64,000 bases of DNA from an uncultured Phycisphaerales bacterium (GCA_963755915.1 CAVWLP010000002.1:512001-576000), one strand, 5' to 3'. Counted from the first letter of the stretch, positions 52,366-61,761 are shown. Made by a program: numbers and translations. The notes: generated by a model from the sequence alone, not told the origin.

Positions 52366-53202
52366 ATGACGACGAATTCGGAAGTGCCGAAGTCTCTGGA
52401 AACGCCAAGGCAGAATGCACGAAGTTTCGTACTGCACGAGGCCAACCTCGCTCAACTTCGCAAATTGCAGCCTAATCTGGCAGTATTGCCTTGGGGCGCA
52501 ACCGAGGCACACAATTATCATCTTCCTCACGGAACGGACGTGATAGAGGCAACGTGGGTGGCGGAAGTTGCGGCGGAACGCGCCAACGCCAACGGAGCCC
52601 GATGCGTATTGCTGCCCTGCGTCCCGTTCGGCAACAACAACGCACAATTGAATCAAGTGTCAACAATCACCATGAAGTCGGCGACACAACAAGCGGTGTT
52701 GTTCGATATTGCTGACAGTCTGGCGCGACAGGGCATTGATCGTCTGGCGATCGTGAACTTCCACGGAGGGAATGAATTCAAGTCAATGATTCGCGACGTA
52801 ATGCTCACTGTGCCAATCTTTATCGCTCAAATCGATGCGTATTCGGTAGCACCAAATGCTCTGCAACTGCTGAATGAACCTGGCGATCATGCGGGAGAAT
52901 TTGAAACGAGCTTGATGTTGTACCTGGTTCCACATTGGGTGGCGCCGCTTGAAACTGCCGGCAACGGCGAAACCACGCCCAGCAAACTTCCGGCGGTGAG
53001 CGGCACACCGGGAGTGTGGGCTCCGCGCTACTGGCCAGAATTGACAAAAGATACCGGCGTTGGAAATCCTAAGGCTGCCACAGCCGAAAAAGGAAGTCAC
53101 ATATTTCAAATGATCGTGGAGGCCATTGTGCCTGTCTTGGTGCAGCTATCCGCCGCAAAGAGAGGCGATTTTCCGTTCGTTATTCCTTCCGACGCCGGAT
53201 GA
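52366..53202 (+). CDS. Creatininase/amidohydrolase family protein
   Basis: LPWGATEAHNYHLPHGTD, NFHGGN and DHAGEFETS motifs. Confidence 0.92.
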   Translation: MTTNSEVPKSLETPRQNARSFVLHEANLAQLRKLQPNLAVLPWGATEAHNYHLPHGTDVIEATWVAEVAAERANANGARCVLLPCVPFGNNNAQLNQVSTITMKSATQQAVLFDIADSLARQGIDRLAIVNFHGGNEFKSMIRDVMLTVPIFIAQIDAYSVAPNALQLLNEPGDHAGEFETSLMLYLVPHWVAPLETAGNGETTPSKLPAVSGTPGVWAPRYWPELTKDTGVGNPKAATAEKGSHIFQMIVEAIVPVLVQLSAAKRGDFPFVIPSDAG

Positions 53203-53258
53203 TCTTTGGGGCGAATCGTCGCCCGCAGATTGAAACGCATTTTGTCAATTGTGGCGCT

Positions 53259-55034
53259 TCACAATTGTTCTCCGGCACGGAGGACGTTTAACGAAAGCAC
53301 AAGCGTCACTAGCGCGCCTTCAGCCCAGATTTCGTTTGGGTGAGATTTGCCAATCTCCCTTCTGAGGAATTGGTTCACACTTTCAAGCGTAAGTTTTGGA
53401 AGATCATCCGACGACAGGAACTTATCGAACTCGTCTTTATCAAATTTGTCCTTATCGAAGTCGAACTCGCCATGGTGCTCAGCCTTCCGTGCGCCGGCAA
53501 TTACTTCGTCTGCGCTGCAATCATCAACTGAGACATAAAAGCATAGAGGAACGCTGAGGTTGGGCATATATGCGCAGGGGCCAAGGAACCGGATGGCTTT
53601 AATTTGTTTTAAGAGATCTCTTCGACCCTCGGTCGCTTCCGGAAAGACTTCTCTTCGAAGGCCGCGCCGCACCGCCGCATCAAGATCTAAACTATAATGG
53701 CCATTTTTCCAAGATAGCGCGTTCTTGTATATTCCTTCGCACGCTGATACATATAATTTTCCTCCATCTCCGAAATTCGCCGCGCTTTTCGAGCGACGTC
53801 TAATGATCAGCTTGTCGTCCTTCAGAGTGTGAACGAGAATTAGAGTCGAGATACTGAGATGAATGAACTTCTGAAAGCGAGGGAAATAATCACGGAGCTC
53901 GATGCCCCGCAGGAACTTTTTTAATTCGCCGCGTACCTCTCTTGAACAGAGCGCGATAACTCTATACGTAAAGTAATCGGTTAGATGCAGCACCAATCTT
54001 ATTGACTCGCGTCCGTCAGGTAGCCGATCCCACTCCATGCCCGCTAGTGCGAGCAGAATTCCGTTAAACTTAAAACCGTTCCCACCCGGAAGGTTGAATT
54101 GCGTTCGAAGAAACTCCTCAATTGCAAGAAGCCTGCACTTCTCGAAACAGGGATTTCCTTTCAGCCATGTAAAGACCTCAAGACGATCGGCGGAATCTGG
54201 CAAAACGTCGCCGCCTTCCGGATCCAAGAACTTGGTCAGATTCGGTTCTTCTTTTACCTCTTTTATTTTGCCTAGGCATGCATTCGGACTTCGGCCAAGT
54301 TGTTTACTGATGGCAATTATTTCATCTTCCGGCGGTATGGCCAGGCGAAATAGGCGAATTGGCGGTTCGGCGGCGTATTCGGCGCTTCCGCCCAAGATGG
54401 AATCACCGGCCCCATTTGGCTCATCGATCGTCACGTTAATCTCGCCGGGGCCTACCGGTCGGTTCAAAGCGTGAAATGAGACTTCCGATAACTGCCTTTT
54501 GACCCATTCAAAATCGCCATTGCTGTCGTCTAACGTGGAATCAATCGTTGTGATAGCTATTGGCAGTTTAATCCCAAACTTGTCTGCCAACTTCGAAACT
54601 ACCTGCTCCGGCCCGACATCGTCCTTACTGCTTACGCTCAGCTTCACGTCGCTCAGCTTTGATGTGATTTCGATCCCCTCTTTTTGCTTCCCCGTATGAA
54701 ACTTTAACCCTTCATCGAGTGCGCTAAAAATCCTCGCAATCGGTCCACGGCTGTACCGTTTGCGCAAATATATGACCTTCGTCACGATGTTGCTGTGCTC
54801 GTTTGTTCGGTAGTCTTTCGCGAGCACCTCATAGCCCACAGCGCCTCCCCCCAAATAGAGCAAGTATACCACTAGCGCGAGGGCGTGAATCCCTTCGACT
54901 TCGCAGTCAACCACGGAGACGGGTGTCCTCCCGGTACTTGTGCAGTCGATTGTTATTTCGGTGCATCGATAAGACAACACCCCTTCATTTTCGATTTCCT
55001 CAAACCGGAAAGTGGCCGACCAGGATTTGTCCAT
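53259..55034 (-). CDS. Putative regulator: N-terminal OmpR/SARP-type winged helix plus C-terminal NUDIX-like domain
   Basis: LVVYLLYLGGGAVGYEVLAKDY...NIVTKVIYLRKRY (wHTH-like); DKLIIRRRSK...VSACEG...AAVRRGLRREV (degenerate Nudix). Confidence 0.55.
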   Translation of the reverse strand: MDKSWSATFRFEEIENEGVLSYRCTEITIDCTSTGRTPVSVVDCEVEGIHALALVVYLLYLGGGAVGYEVLAKDYRTNEHSNIVTKVIYLRKRYSRGPIARIFSALDEGLKFHTGKQKEGIEITSKLSDVKLSVSSKDDVGPEQVVSKLADKFGIKLPIAITTIDSTLDDSNGDFEWVKRQLSEVSFHALNRPVGPGEINVTIDEPNGAGDSILGGSAEYAAEPPIRLFRLAIPPEDEIIAISKQLGRSPNACLGKIKEVKEEPNLTKFLDPEGGDVLPDSADRLEVFTWLKGNPCFEKCRLLAIEEFLRTQFNLPGGNGFKFNGILLALAGMEWDRLPDGRESIRLVLHLTDYFTYRVIALCSREVRGELKKFLRGIELRDYFPRFQKFIHLSISTLILVHTLKDDKLIIRRRSKSAANFGDGGKLYVSACEGIYKNALSWKNGHYSLDLDAAVRRGLRREVFPEATEGRRDLLKQIKAIRFLGPCAYMPNLSVPLCFYVSVDDCSADEVIAGARKAEHHGEFDFDKDKFDKDEFDKFLSSDDLPKLTLESVNQFLRREIGKSHPNEIWAEGALVTLVLSLNVLRAGEQL

Positions 55035-55079
55035 GCGGTCATTATATCCGCTGCACGAAGCCGTTATAGGGGCCGCGTC

Positions 55080-55183
55080 GCGCACCAAGAATCTGATTTA
55101 GGCGCACCCCGTCCTTTCAAAGCGCGCACCAAATCGCCAGGCAAGCGCAAATTTTCCGCTCGTTGGCTCTAGCGGCGGTGCGC
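55080..55183. promoter_or_regulatory. Phased heptamer direct repeats in the divergent promoter
   Basis: GCGCACC at 55080, 55102 and 55124; GCGCAAA at 55145; inverted GGTGCGC at 55177. Confidence 0.7.
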
Positions 55184-55238
55184 TTCGCAGGATTCAATGG
55201 CGCGAAGTTTGCACTGGTTCGCACATACTAAGGACGCC

Positions 55239-56162
55239 ATGGACACGATCACTAAACAATGTTCTGATGGAAATGACACCGACCGAATTTCGACGCTCGA
55301 CTTACATCTTACGGGTGGATGTCAGTACGTGTGCAAGTATTGCTGGGGGGAAGAGGATACTTCGCCACCAATGACCCGCGCCGTCTTTGATGCTTGCCTC
55401 GATTTTGCTGAACGCGTTCGAGCGGTCACAATCGAGTATTGCGGTGGAGAACCAACTCTGTCGCCACACTTTCGGGAATTCGTTATCTCTGCGCGTCGTC
55501 GCGGATTCCGGCTCATCCTGCGTACCAACGGACTCAAACTGCCCGCGTATCTAGATCTTGTCGCTGAACATTTCGATTGGGTCGGTGTTTCCCTAGACGG
55601 CATGCCGGAGATTAATTCCCAAATGCGGCCAAGCCGCCGCCCCATGTCCGCAGAAGAGAAATTTCAGATTCCGATAGAAAGCATTTGGCGACTACATCAC
55701 GTCAACCCTCGCGTCAAAATCATGCTCGCCAGCATTGCGACCTCGCAGAACTTTTTTGATCTTCCGAATCTGCAGGCGTATGTTCAGGATACGGGTCTGC
55801 CGATCACCAAGTGGAAGGTATATGAGTTCATGCGCGATTATTTCCGATCCGCTCAAAATCATCAAGATTTTGCCATGTTGCCGGCCGATTTTGCTGCTCT
55901 CCGTCGTACGCTGCAAGTACAACACAACGGCGACTACCAGCTAATCATGCAGGGCACCGACACCATTGGAGCTGGAAGCAACTGTCTGCTTGTATATCAC
56001 GATGGAGCAGTAAGGAATGGCGGCTTGCATTTCGGCTATATCGGCCGTGATCCCTCCGCAGACATCGCCGCTCGTTTATTTGCTGGCCATGGCGTTGATT
56101 TTATCCAAGGAAACAAAAGCACAACTTACGAATTGACATACAACGGGAAGCAGATCGTATGA
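55239..56162 (+). CDS. Radical SAM enzyme, viperin-like
   Basis: LDLHLTGGCQYVCKYC (CxxxCxxC), GGEPTL, RTNG, DWVGVSLDG and KWKVYEF motifs; no SPASM cysteines. An alternative start exists at 55197. Confidence 0.85.
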   Translation: MDTITKQCSDGNDTDRISTLDLHLTGGCQYVCKYCWGEEDTSPPMTRAVFDACLDFAERVRAVTIEYCGGEPTLSPHFREFVISARRRGFRLILRTNGLKLPAYLDLVAEHFDWVGVSLDGMPEINSQMRPSRRPMSAEEKFQIPIESIWRLHHVNPRVKIMLASIATSQNFFDLPNLQAYVQDTGLPITKWKVYEFMRDYFRSAQNHQDFAMLPADFAALRRTLQVQHNGDYQLIMQGTDTIGAGSNCLLVYHDGAVRNGGLHFGYIGRDPSADIAARLFAGHGVDFIQGNKSTTYELTYNGKQIV

Positions 56163-56893
56163 CAAACCAAAGACTTGTCATCGGCGTTTTAACGTTTGAA
56201 AGGCCGGATCTTCTAGCGAAGACATTAGCAGATTTTTATCGATGGCTAGCACCGCAGCTCGGCAAATTGACAATGATGATATATGATAACGGAAGCCGGC
56301 CCGAAATAGAGACTGCCAACCGCAATATCGCCAGAAAACATGGCGCTTGGTTCATCACCAGTGGTATTTCCGTTCCAGAGACGGCCGACGCAGCGGAACG
56401 TGACCAACGTATTTCCGCTGGGCATTGTTTCTTGACGCAACAGATGATGACCATTCCCGGTGATGCATATATGCTGTTGGAGGACGACTGGGGATGTAGC
56501 GGGTCGGCCCCCATTCAGCCGTTACTTGGTTTTCTAGGGCAAAATCTTCAATTCGGTCAAATTCGGTTGCGCAAGTACCGATACGACGGCACGCTGACAG
56601 GAGGTTCTCGGCACAACTTTGTGACCGGTGCGCCAATCATGTGGGAAAGAGATCACCCCGTTCAAGGCGCGCTCCTCCGGGCTGGGAATTTGCACTGGAC
56701 GAATAACCCGTCGCTTTTCTTACGCCATGCTTTGGACATTGTTGCGAAAGGCTATCGCACCGAACTGGACTGCATGCGGGCATTCGCAGCCAAGTTTCCA
56801 CAGAACCTGCAGCTTGTGCCGGGCATATTTCATCATACAGGCCCATGGCGCAGCAGGCCCGATCTCGTTGAGATTGGAGTGCTGAAAATCTGA
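56159..56893 (+). CDS. Small soluble GT-A fold glycosyltransferase
   Basis: LTFERPDLL..TL, YDNGS, LLEDDW, WTNNPSL and FHHTG motifs; ATGA overlap with the upstream gene. Confidence 0.75.
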   Translation: MTNQRLVIGVLTFERPDLLAKTLADFYRWLAPQLGKLTMMIYDNGSRPEIETANRNIARKHGAWFITSGISVPETADAAERDQRISAGHCFLTQQMMTIPGDAYMLLEDDWGCSGSAPIQPLLGFLGQNLQFGQIRLRKYRYDGTLTGGSRHNFVTGAPIMWERDHPVQGALLRAGNLHWTNNPSLFLRHALDIVAKGYRTELDCMRAFAAKFPQNLQLVPGIFHHTGPWRSRPDLVEIGVLKI

Positions 56894-56903
56894 GAGTTTT
56901 GAG

Positions 56904-57554
56904 ATGAACTGGTTTTTTCACCGACTTGACGATGTGGGACTTGCTGCACGGGGGCCATTGTCGCTGTATAACGAGTTGGCGGCGAATCAGCTGCCATGCA
57001 TTCTTGCCGTGATTCCCGCCGAGCTAAGTCCAACCCTGGCGGCGCTCATTCGACACTGGCCGAATGCGATTGTTTATCAACATGGAAACGATCATGTAAA
57101 TCGCGCCAGTTCCGGATGGTGGGATGAATTTCCCGCGAGCGCGCAGCCACAATTGGTGGCCAAGGCCCTAGCAGGCGGCCGAGAACGTTTGGAACATCTC
57201 CTAGATCGCCGTATATGCGGATACGTTCCACCCTTCAATCACACTGCGAATTCCACACTATTGATTCTGAAAGACCTGGGATTTACGGTCCTATCTGGCC
57301 AGCGTAATCATAAAATGGCCAGCCCACTACGGCAATGGCCAATCGATATTGACATCATGGCTACTTATGGATCGCCACCGAAACTGAAAACTCCTACACA
57401 AATCGAGTCGGAGCTCGCTTGTTGTCCGGGCATGTGCGGAATTATGTATCATCTAAACGTGCTTGATCCAGTCCAACAAGCGCAAGTCCGTAACCTTTTG
57501 TTGGGACTCTCGACCGTTACTGCTCTGCCTTGGCAAAAAGGATGTACTCCATGA
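56904..57554 (+). CDS. NodB-like polysaccharide deacetylase (CE4/DUF2334-like)
   Basis: RLDD, QHGNDH, YVPPFN and GIMYH motifs. Confidence 0.8.
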   Translation: MNWFFHRLDDVGLAARGPLSLYNELAANQLPCILAVIPAELSPTLAALIRHWPNAIVYQHGNDHVNRASSGWWDEFPASAQPQLVAKALAGGRERLEHLLDRRICGYVPPFNHTANSTLLILKDLGFTVLSGQRNHKMASPLRQWPIDIDIMATYGSPPKLKTPTQIESELACCPGMCGIMYHLNVLDPVQQAQVRNLLLGLSTVTALPWQKGCTP

Positions 57555-58291
57555 TCTATCCTTGGCAAGATTCCGTTCACCTCCAATTCCTCGGACTCCC
57601 AACACGGCGCATAAGCCTGGAAGTACTCGACCAGGAACACTACGACGATCAGGATTCCCCGGAGAAACGCTGCTTCAATGGGAGATGGGATAACTGGCAA
57701 GGAGTCACTGTAAAGTATCAAGCAAAGTCCGAGAGATGTGCAATTATTGGCTCGCGGGGCAAGACAGTCTGGTACGTTCCTGCACTAACTCCTCGATCGG
57801 CGGACAGTTTGGGGATTCCGATCGGGCATGCTCTAAAGATCCTAAAGTATCCGTTATCTGCTCGACCAAAACATGAAGTACAACGATTAAAGTACGAATT
57901 GCTGATCCAGCAAACATTAAACAAGTGTGGGCTAGCGCCACGGGTGTACAACGTCCTCGTGATTCGTAACGATGTGGACAACCGTGTGATGTGGTTTGAT
58001 CACTCGTACGAACATCCTGCAGGTTCGTTATATTTAGCAACCGAAGTTGAGCATGTGTCGGCCGATCGTTTCCCGACCAACCAGATCCACCTCGGTGATA
58101 AATGGGACTTCTCTGGAACCCTCGTGGATGGTCTGGTTGCCCGCTGCTGCGCAGTAGGGATTGCGCCTTACGATTTGGTCCTGGGCAACCTCACATACTC
58201 CAAAGGGGACGTCAAAGTTCTCGATTTTCATAGGTGGCAATTCATGCGACCTCCCTGGATCGGCGGGCGGCTGTTGCGCGAGGTGAAATAG
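57551..58291 (+). CDS. Protein-kinase-like (APH/Kdo-kinase-like) small-molecule kinase
   Basis: IGSRG loop, ALKILK, E..IQ..L...GLAPRVY, YDLVLGNL and KVLDF motifs; ATGA overlap. Confidence 0.65.
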   Translation: MIYPWQDSVHLQFLGLPTRRISLEVLDQEHYDDQDSPEKRCFNGRWDNWQGVTVKYQAKSERCAIIGSRGKTVWYVPALTPRSADSLGIPIGHALKILKYPLSARPKHEVQRLKYELLIQQTLNKCGLAPRVYNVLVIRNDVDNRVMWFDHSYEHPAGSLYLATEVEHVSADRFPTNQIHLGDKWDFSGTLVDGLVARCCAVGIAPYDLVLGNLTYSKGDVKVLDFHRWQFMRPPWIGGRLLREVK

Positions 58292-58292
58292 C

Positions 58293-59674
58293 ATGTTGCT
58301 GCGCATTATCTTTATTATCGCTATCGTATTGTGGCTCCTTGCAAGTATGAAACGATGGGCTCAGTTACGAGCCAGCTTTGCGTGGATATGCCGAGGAGCC
58401 GACTGGGAGGCGAAATCTCCAGTCTGCGAATACCCGAACATTTTGATTCTAATACCGATGTTAAATGAACAGAGTATCGCTGAAGATACAGTCAAACATT
58501 TTGCAAGGCTAAGATATCCCTCGAATCGACTGCGCATTGCATTTGTTACCACGCCGCGCGAACGGAACCATAGAATCCACGGCGAACTAGACACACATGC
58601 CGTCGTCAAACGCGCAATTACCAACCTGGGCGAAATTCGACACGCTATAGACGTTATTGATTGCTCAGGTGCCGATTGCTGCAAAGGCGACCAATTGAAT
58701 GAGGCAATTGCAAAGTTTCGTAATGAGATCGGTCATGGATGGCCCCGAGAATCCACATTCATAGGAATCTACGATGCCGATTCGCGGCCCGACCTTGGCA
58801 CACTTGAATTCCTTGCTTGGCGATTTAGCGAAGCACGGCGCCAAAAGCACCGAGACCCGGTAGCATTTCAGCAGATGGTATCGTTCTTTGCGAATTATGG
58901 AAGTATTCCAGGGGGGATTCGTGGTTGGCTGTTACGTGCGCGCCCTTGGCAGAATTTGGACTTTGCTCTGACCCGCGAAATACCTGGATTTTGGCACCAG
59001 CACTCTTCGAACGAGGGGGAATGGTTCTGGCGATCTTGGCTCCACCACTTACTAGGTCACGGCGAGTTCATACGTTGGGACACGCTTGACGAAATAGGTG
59101 GGTTTCAGCCGCCAAGTTGTGATACTTCGCTGGGTTACACCCTGGCCTACCTCGGGATTAGCGTAAATACTATTCCGTTGTTCGATTGCGGTCAAACACC
59201 TACTAAGTTTTGTGCACTGCTTCAGCAAAATACCACTTGGTACCGTGGTGTGTGTCTATTCTGGCGGGACTGGCGTTTTGCGCGTTCTGTAGGCAGTGTT
59301 TCACTAACGAGAGCTGTCGTGATGATTCTCAAGAGAATATACAACAGTTTATCTTGGTCCGTGTTCCCAGCAATAATGACGATTATTCCTATAATCGCAT
59401 TCCTCACCGAGCAATACGCTGTTTTGTTTTTTTGGTGCGTTGGCCTCTGCTTTTACATCGCACCGGCTGCCCGCGAGATGGTCTTTGCGCCAGAAATGGC
59501 CTTGGTGAGGCAGATAAGTGTGTGAGGAGAGAATCAATATGGAGCTGTGCGGGCACGTTATGCGCCTACCCGTTGTTGACGGTTTTGCTTATGTCTGGTC
59601 CGTCTCTGCATTACTACCGACTGGCGGCAAGATATCTTGGGATCGACATATCGTATGAGAAAACTGAGCGATAA
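58293..59674 (+). CDS. Membrane GT2 glycosyltransferase (processive-type motifs); frameshift near 59500
   Basis: ILIPMLNE, KGDQLN, IYDADSRP, GHGEFIR, SCD and QNTTW (QxxRW-like) motifs; TMs; YEKTER end in a second frame. Confidence 0.8.
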
Positions 59675-59858
59675 GCATGAATGGGCCCGCTGTTCGGACT
59701 ATTCCGCCTCAGGATGGATGGGGCCGAAGTATTCAGTAACCTCCGTCCGCGTCGAAAATCCAAGCGGCTTCCGAAAGGGCATTTTTGCTCGTGAGTTGTC
59801 TGAACGAATTCGGGTGTGATACTTCATTGGGGTATCAGCCCAGAGGTTCAGTGTTTTC

Positions 59859-59879
59859 CTGTACACAAAACTGTACACA
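59859..59879. promoter_or_regulatory. Probable integrase arm-type site
   Basis: CTGTACACA-AAA-CTGTACACA direct repeat. Confidence 0.5.
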
Positions 59880-60098
59880 CTTTTTTGGAAAACATGGCAA
59901 ACAAGGCTATCATGGGGCATACGGCTCAGGGTCGTAAACCCTGGGGATGTCAGCAATTTCCGATATCGTCAGCACTTGCGGTTTTTGTCAGGCATCACTT
60001 AAATCACGCCACGTAACATCACTTCAAATGCCGCCATTTTGGAGAGGCGCAGATTCGGTCCGTAAGCTTCCCGGCTGCTCGCCGGTGGGAGCTTGCGG

Positions 60099-61751
60099 AT
60101 GTCGAATCGGCTCACAATGGCGGAACATCAGACAATCTTGGGACTTGCGCGACTGAACTGGTCGTATCGCCGGATCGCCGCGGAACTGGGCATCGACCGG
60201 GAGACGGTCTCTCGTCACATTAAATCCGCGGTGATCGAACCACCCGGTGCAGGTCCGCCGGATCCAGATGCCGCCATTCTGATTGCCGGGTCCGAGGTCA
60301 GATCGGAGGCAAATGCCACCATTCCGATGACCGGGTCAATGCACGGCGAGGCGGAATCTGTCGGTTCAAATGCCGCCATTTCGATTACCGGGTTTTCCGG
60401 CCGTCACAGCCAGTGCGAGCCATGGCGCGCCGTCATCCTTCAGGGTCTTGAGCAAGGCCTGACGGCCAAGCGTATCTGGCAGGACTTGGCTGCCGATCAT
60501 GGCTTCGACGGTCCTTACCAACCGGTCCAGCGATTTGTCCAGCGGCTCAACCGTGCCGGAACCAACGGATTGCCCTATCGGCGAATGGAATGCGCCCCCG
60601 GCGCCGAGGCCCAGGTGGACTTCGGCAAGGGCGCGCCCCTCGTCACACCCGACGGCAAACGAACCCGTCCCCACCTGTTCCGCATCGTGCTGAGCTGCTC
60701 GCGCAAAGCCTACAGCGAAGTGACGCCCCGGCAGACCACCGAGCAGTTCATCCGCTGCATCGAAAACGCCTTCATTCACTTCGGCGGTGTTCCCAGAACT
60801 CTGGTGATCGACAATCTCAAAGCGGCCGTCACCCATGCCGACTGGTACGATCCCGATCTGAATCCCAAGATTCAGGAGTTCGCGCGTCACTACGGCACCG
60901 TCATTTTGCCGACGCGCCCAAGGACGCCACGGCACAAGGGAAAGATCGAACGCGGCGTCGGATACGCCCAGGGGAATGCTCTCAAGGCCCGAACCTTCAA
61001 GAGCCTTTCCGAGCAGAACCAATTCCTGGCCGAATGGGAATCGACCATCGCCGACACGCGCATTCATGGCACCACGCGCAAGCAGGTGGCGAGGATGTTC
61101 GCGGAAGTGGAGAAGCCGGCGCTATTGCCTCTTCCGCCGGGACGGTTCCCCTGTTTTCAGGAAGCCCAGCGGATCGTCAACCGTGATGGCCACGTGGAGG
61201 TGGCCAAGGCGTATTACTCGGCGCCGCCGGAGTTCCTCGGCCGGACCATCTGGGCGCGCTGGGACGGGCACGTCGTCCGGCTCTTTGATTCTCAGCTTCG
61301 GCAGGTTGCCATCCACGTTCAGCACGAGCCGGGACGCTTCGCCACCGATGATCGTCACATCGTTCCCGAGAAGCGCGGCGGGATCGAACGCGGCGCGGCC
61401 TGGTGGATGAACAAGGCCAGCGCCATCGGTCCCCACGCCGGCCAATGGGCTGAAAATGTCCTGAATTGCCGGGGGATTCACGCCTTGCGCGTGGTGATGG
61501 GGCTGGTCAGTCTCACGCATCGCCATCCCGCCAAAATGATCGAACAGGCCTGTCAGGTGGCTCAAGGGCACGGCACCCATCGGCTGCGCGACATCCGCAA
61601 TCTGCTGAAACGATCGGAATCCGCCGCGCAACAGCAACAGTTCGAGTTCGTCGCCGAGCATCCCCTGATCCGGTCGCTTTCGGATTACTCCCAACTGGTC
61701 CATGACGCTTTCGATAACACCCCCGTGGAGGCAAAGCCTCCACTTTTTTGA
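60099..61751 (+). CDS. istA: IS21 transposase
   Basis: N-terminal HTH; DDE motifs AQVDFG, IDNLK and KGKIE. Confidence 0.95.
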   Translation: MSNRLTMAEHQTILGLARLNWSYRRIAAELGIDRETVSRHIKSAVIEPPGAGPPDPDAAILIAGSEVRSEANATIPMTGSMHGEAESVGSNAAISITGFSGRHSQCEPWRAVILQGLEQGLTAKRIWQDLAADHGFDGPYQPVQRFVQRLNRAGTNGLPYRRMECAPGAEAQVDFGKGAPLVTPDGKRTRPHLFRIVLSCSRKAYSEVTPRQTTEQFIRCIENAFIHFGGVPRTLVIDNLKAAVTHADWYDPDLNPKIQEFARHYGTVILPTRPRTPRHKGKIERGVGYAQGNALKARTFKSLSEQNQFLAEWESTIADTRIHGTTRKQVARMFAEVEKPALLPLPPGRFPCFQEAQRIVNRDGHVEVAKAYYSAPPEFLGRTIWARWDGHVVRLFDSQLRQVAIHVQHEPGRFATDDRHIVPEKRGGIERGAAWWMNKASAIGPHAGQWAENVLNCRGIHALRVVMGLVSLTHRHPAKMIEQACQVAQGHGTHRLRDIRNLLKRSESAAQQQQFEFVAEHPLIRSLSDYSQLVHDAFDNTPVEAKPPLF

Positions 61752-61761
61752 AAGGAGATTT

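Noticed and set aside
55239-56162. RiPP (peptide-modifying SPASM) radical SAM system, or a canonical prokaryotic viperin
   Set aside because: No SPASM/twitch cysteines and no precursor peptide nearby. The motifs are too divergent to call it a true pVip without a phylogeny.
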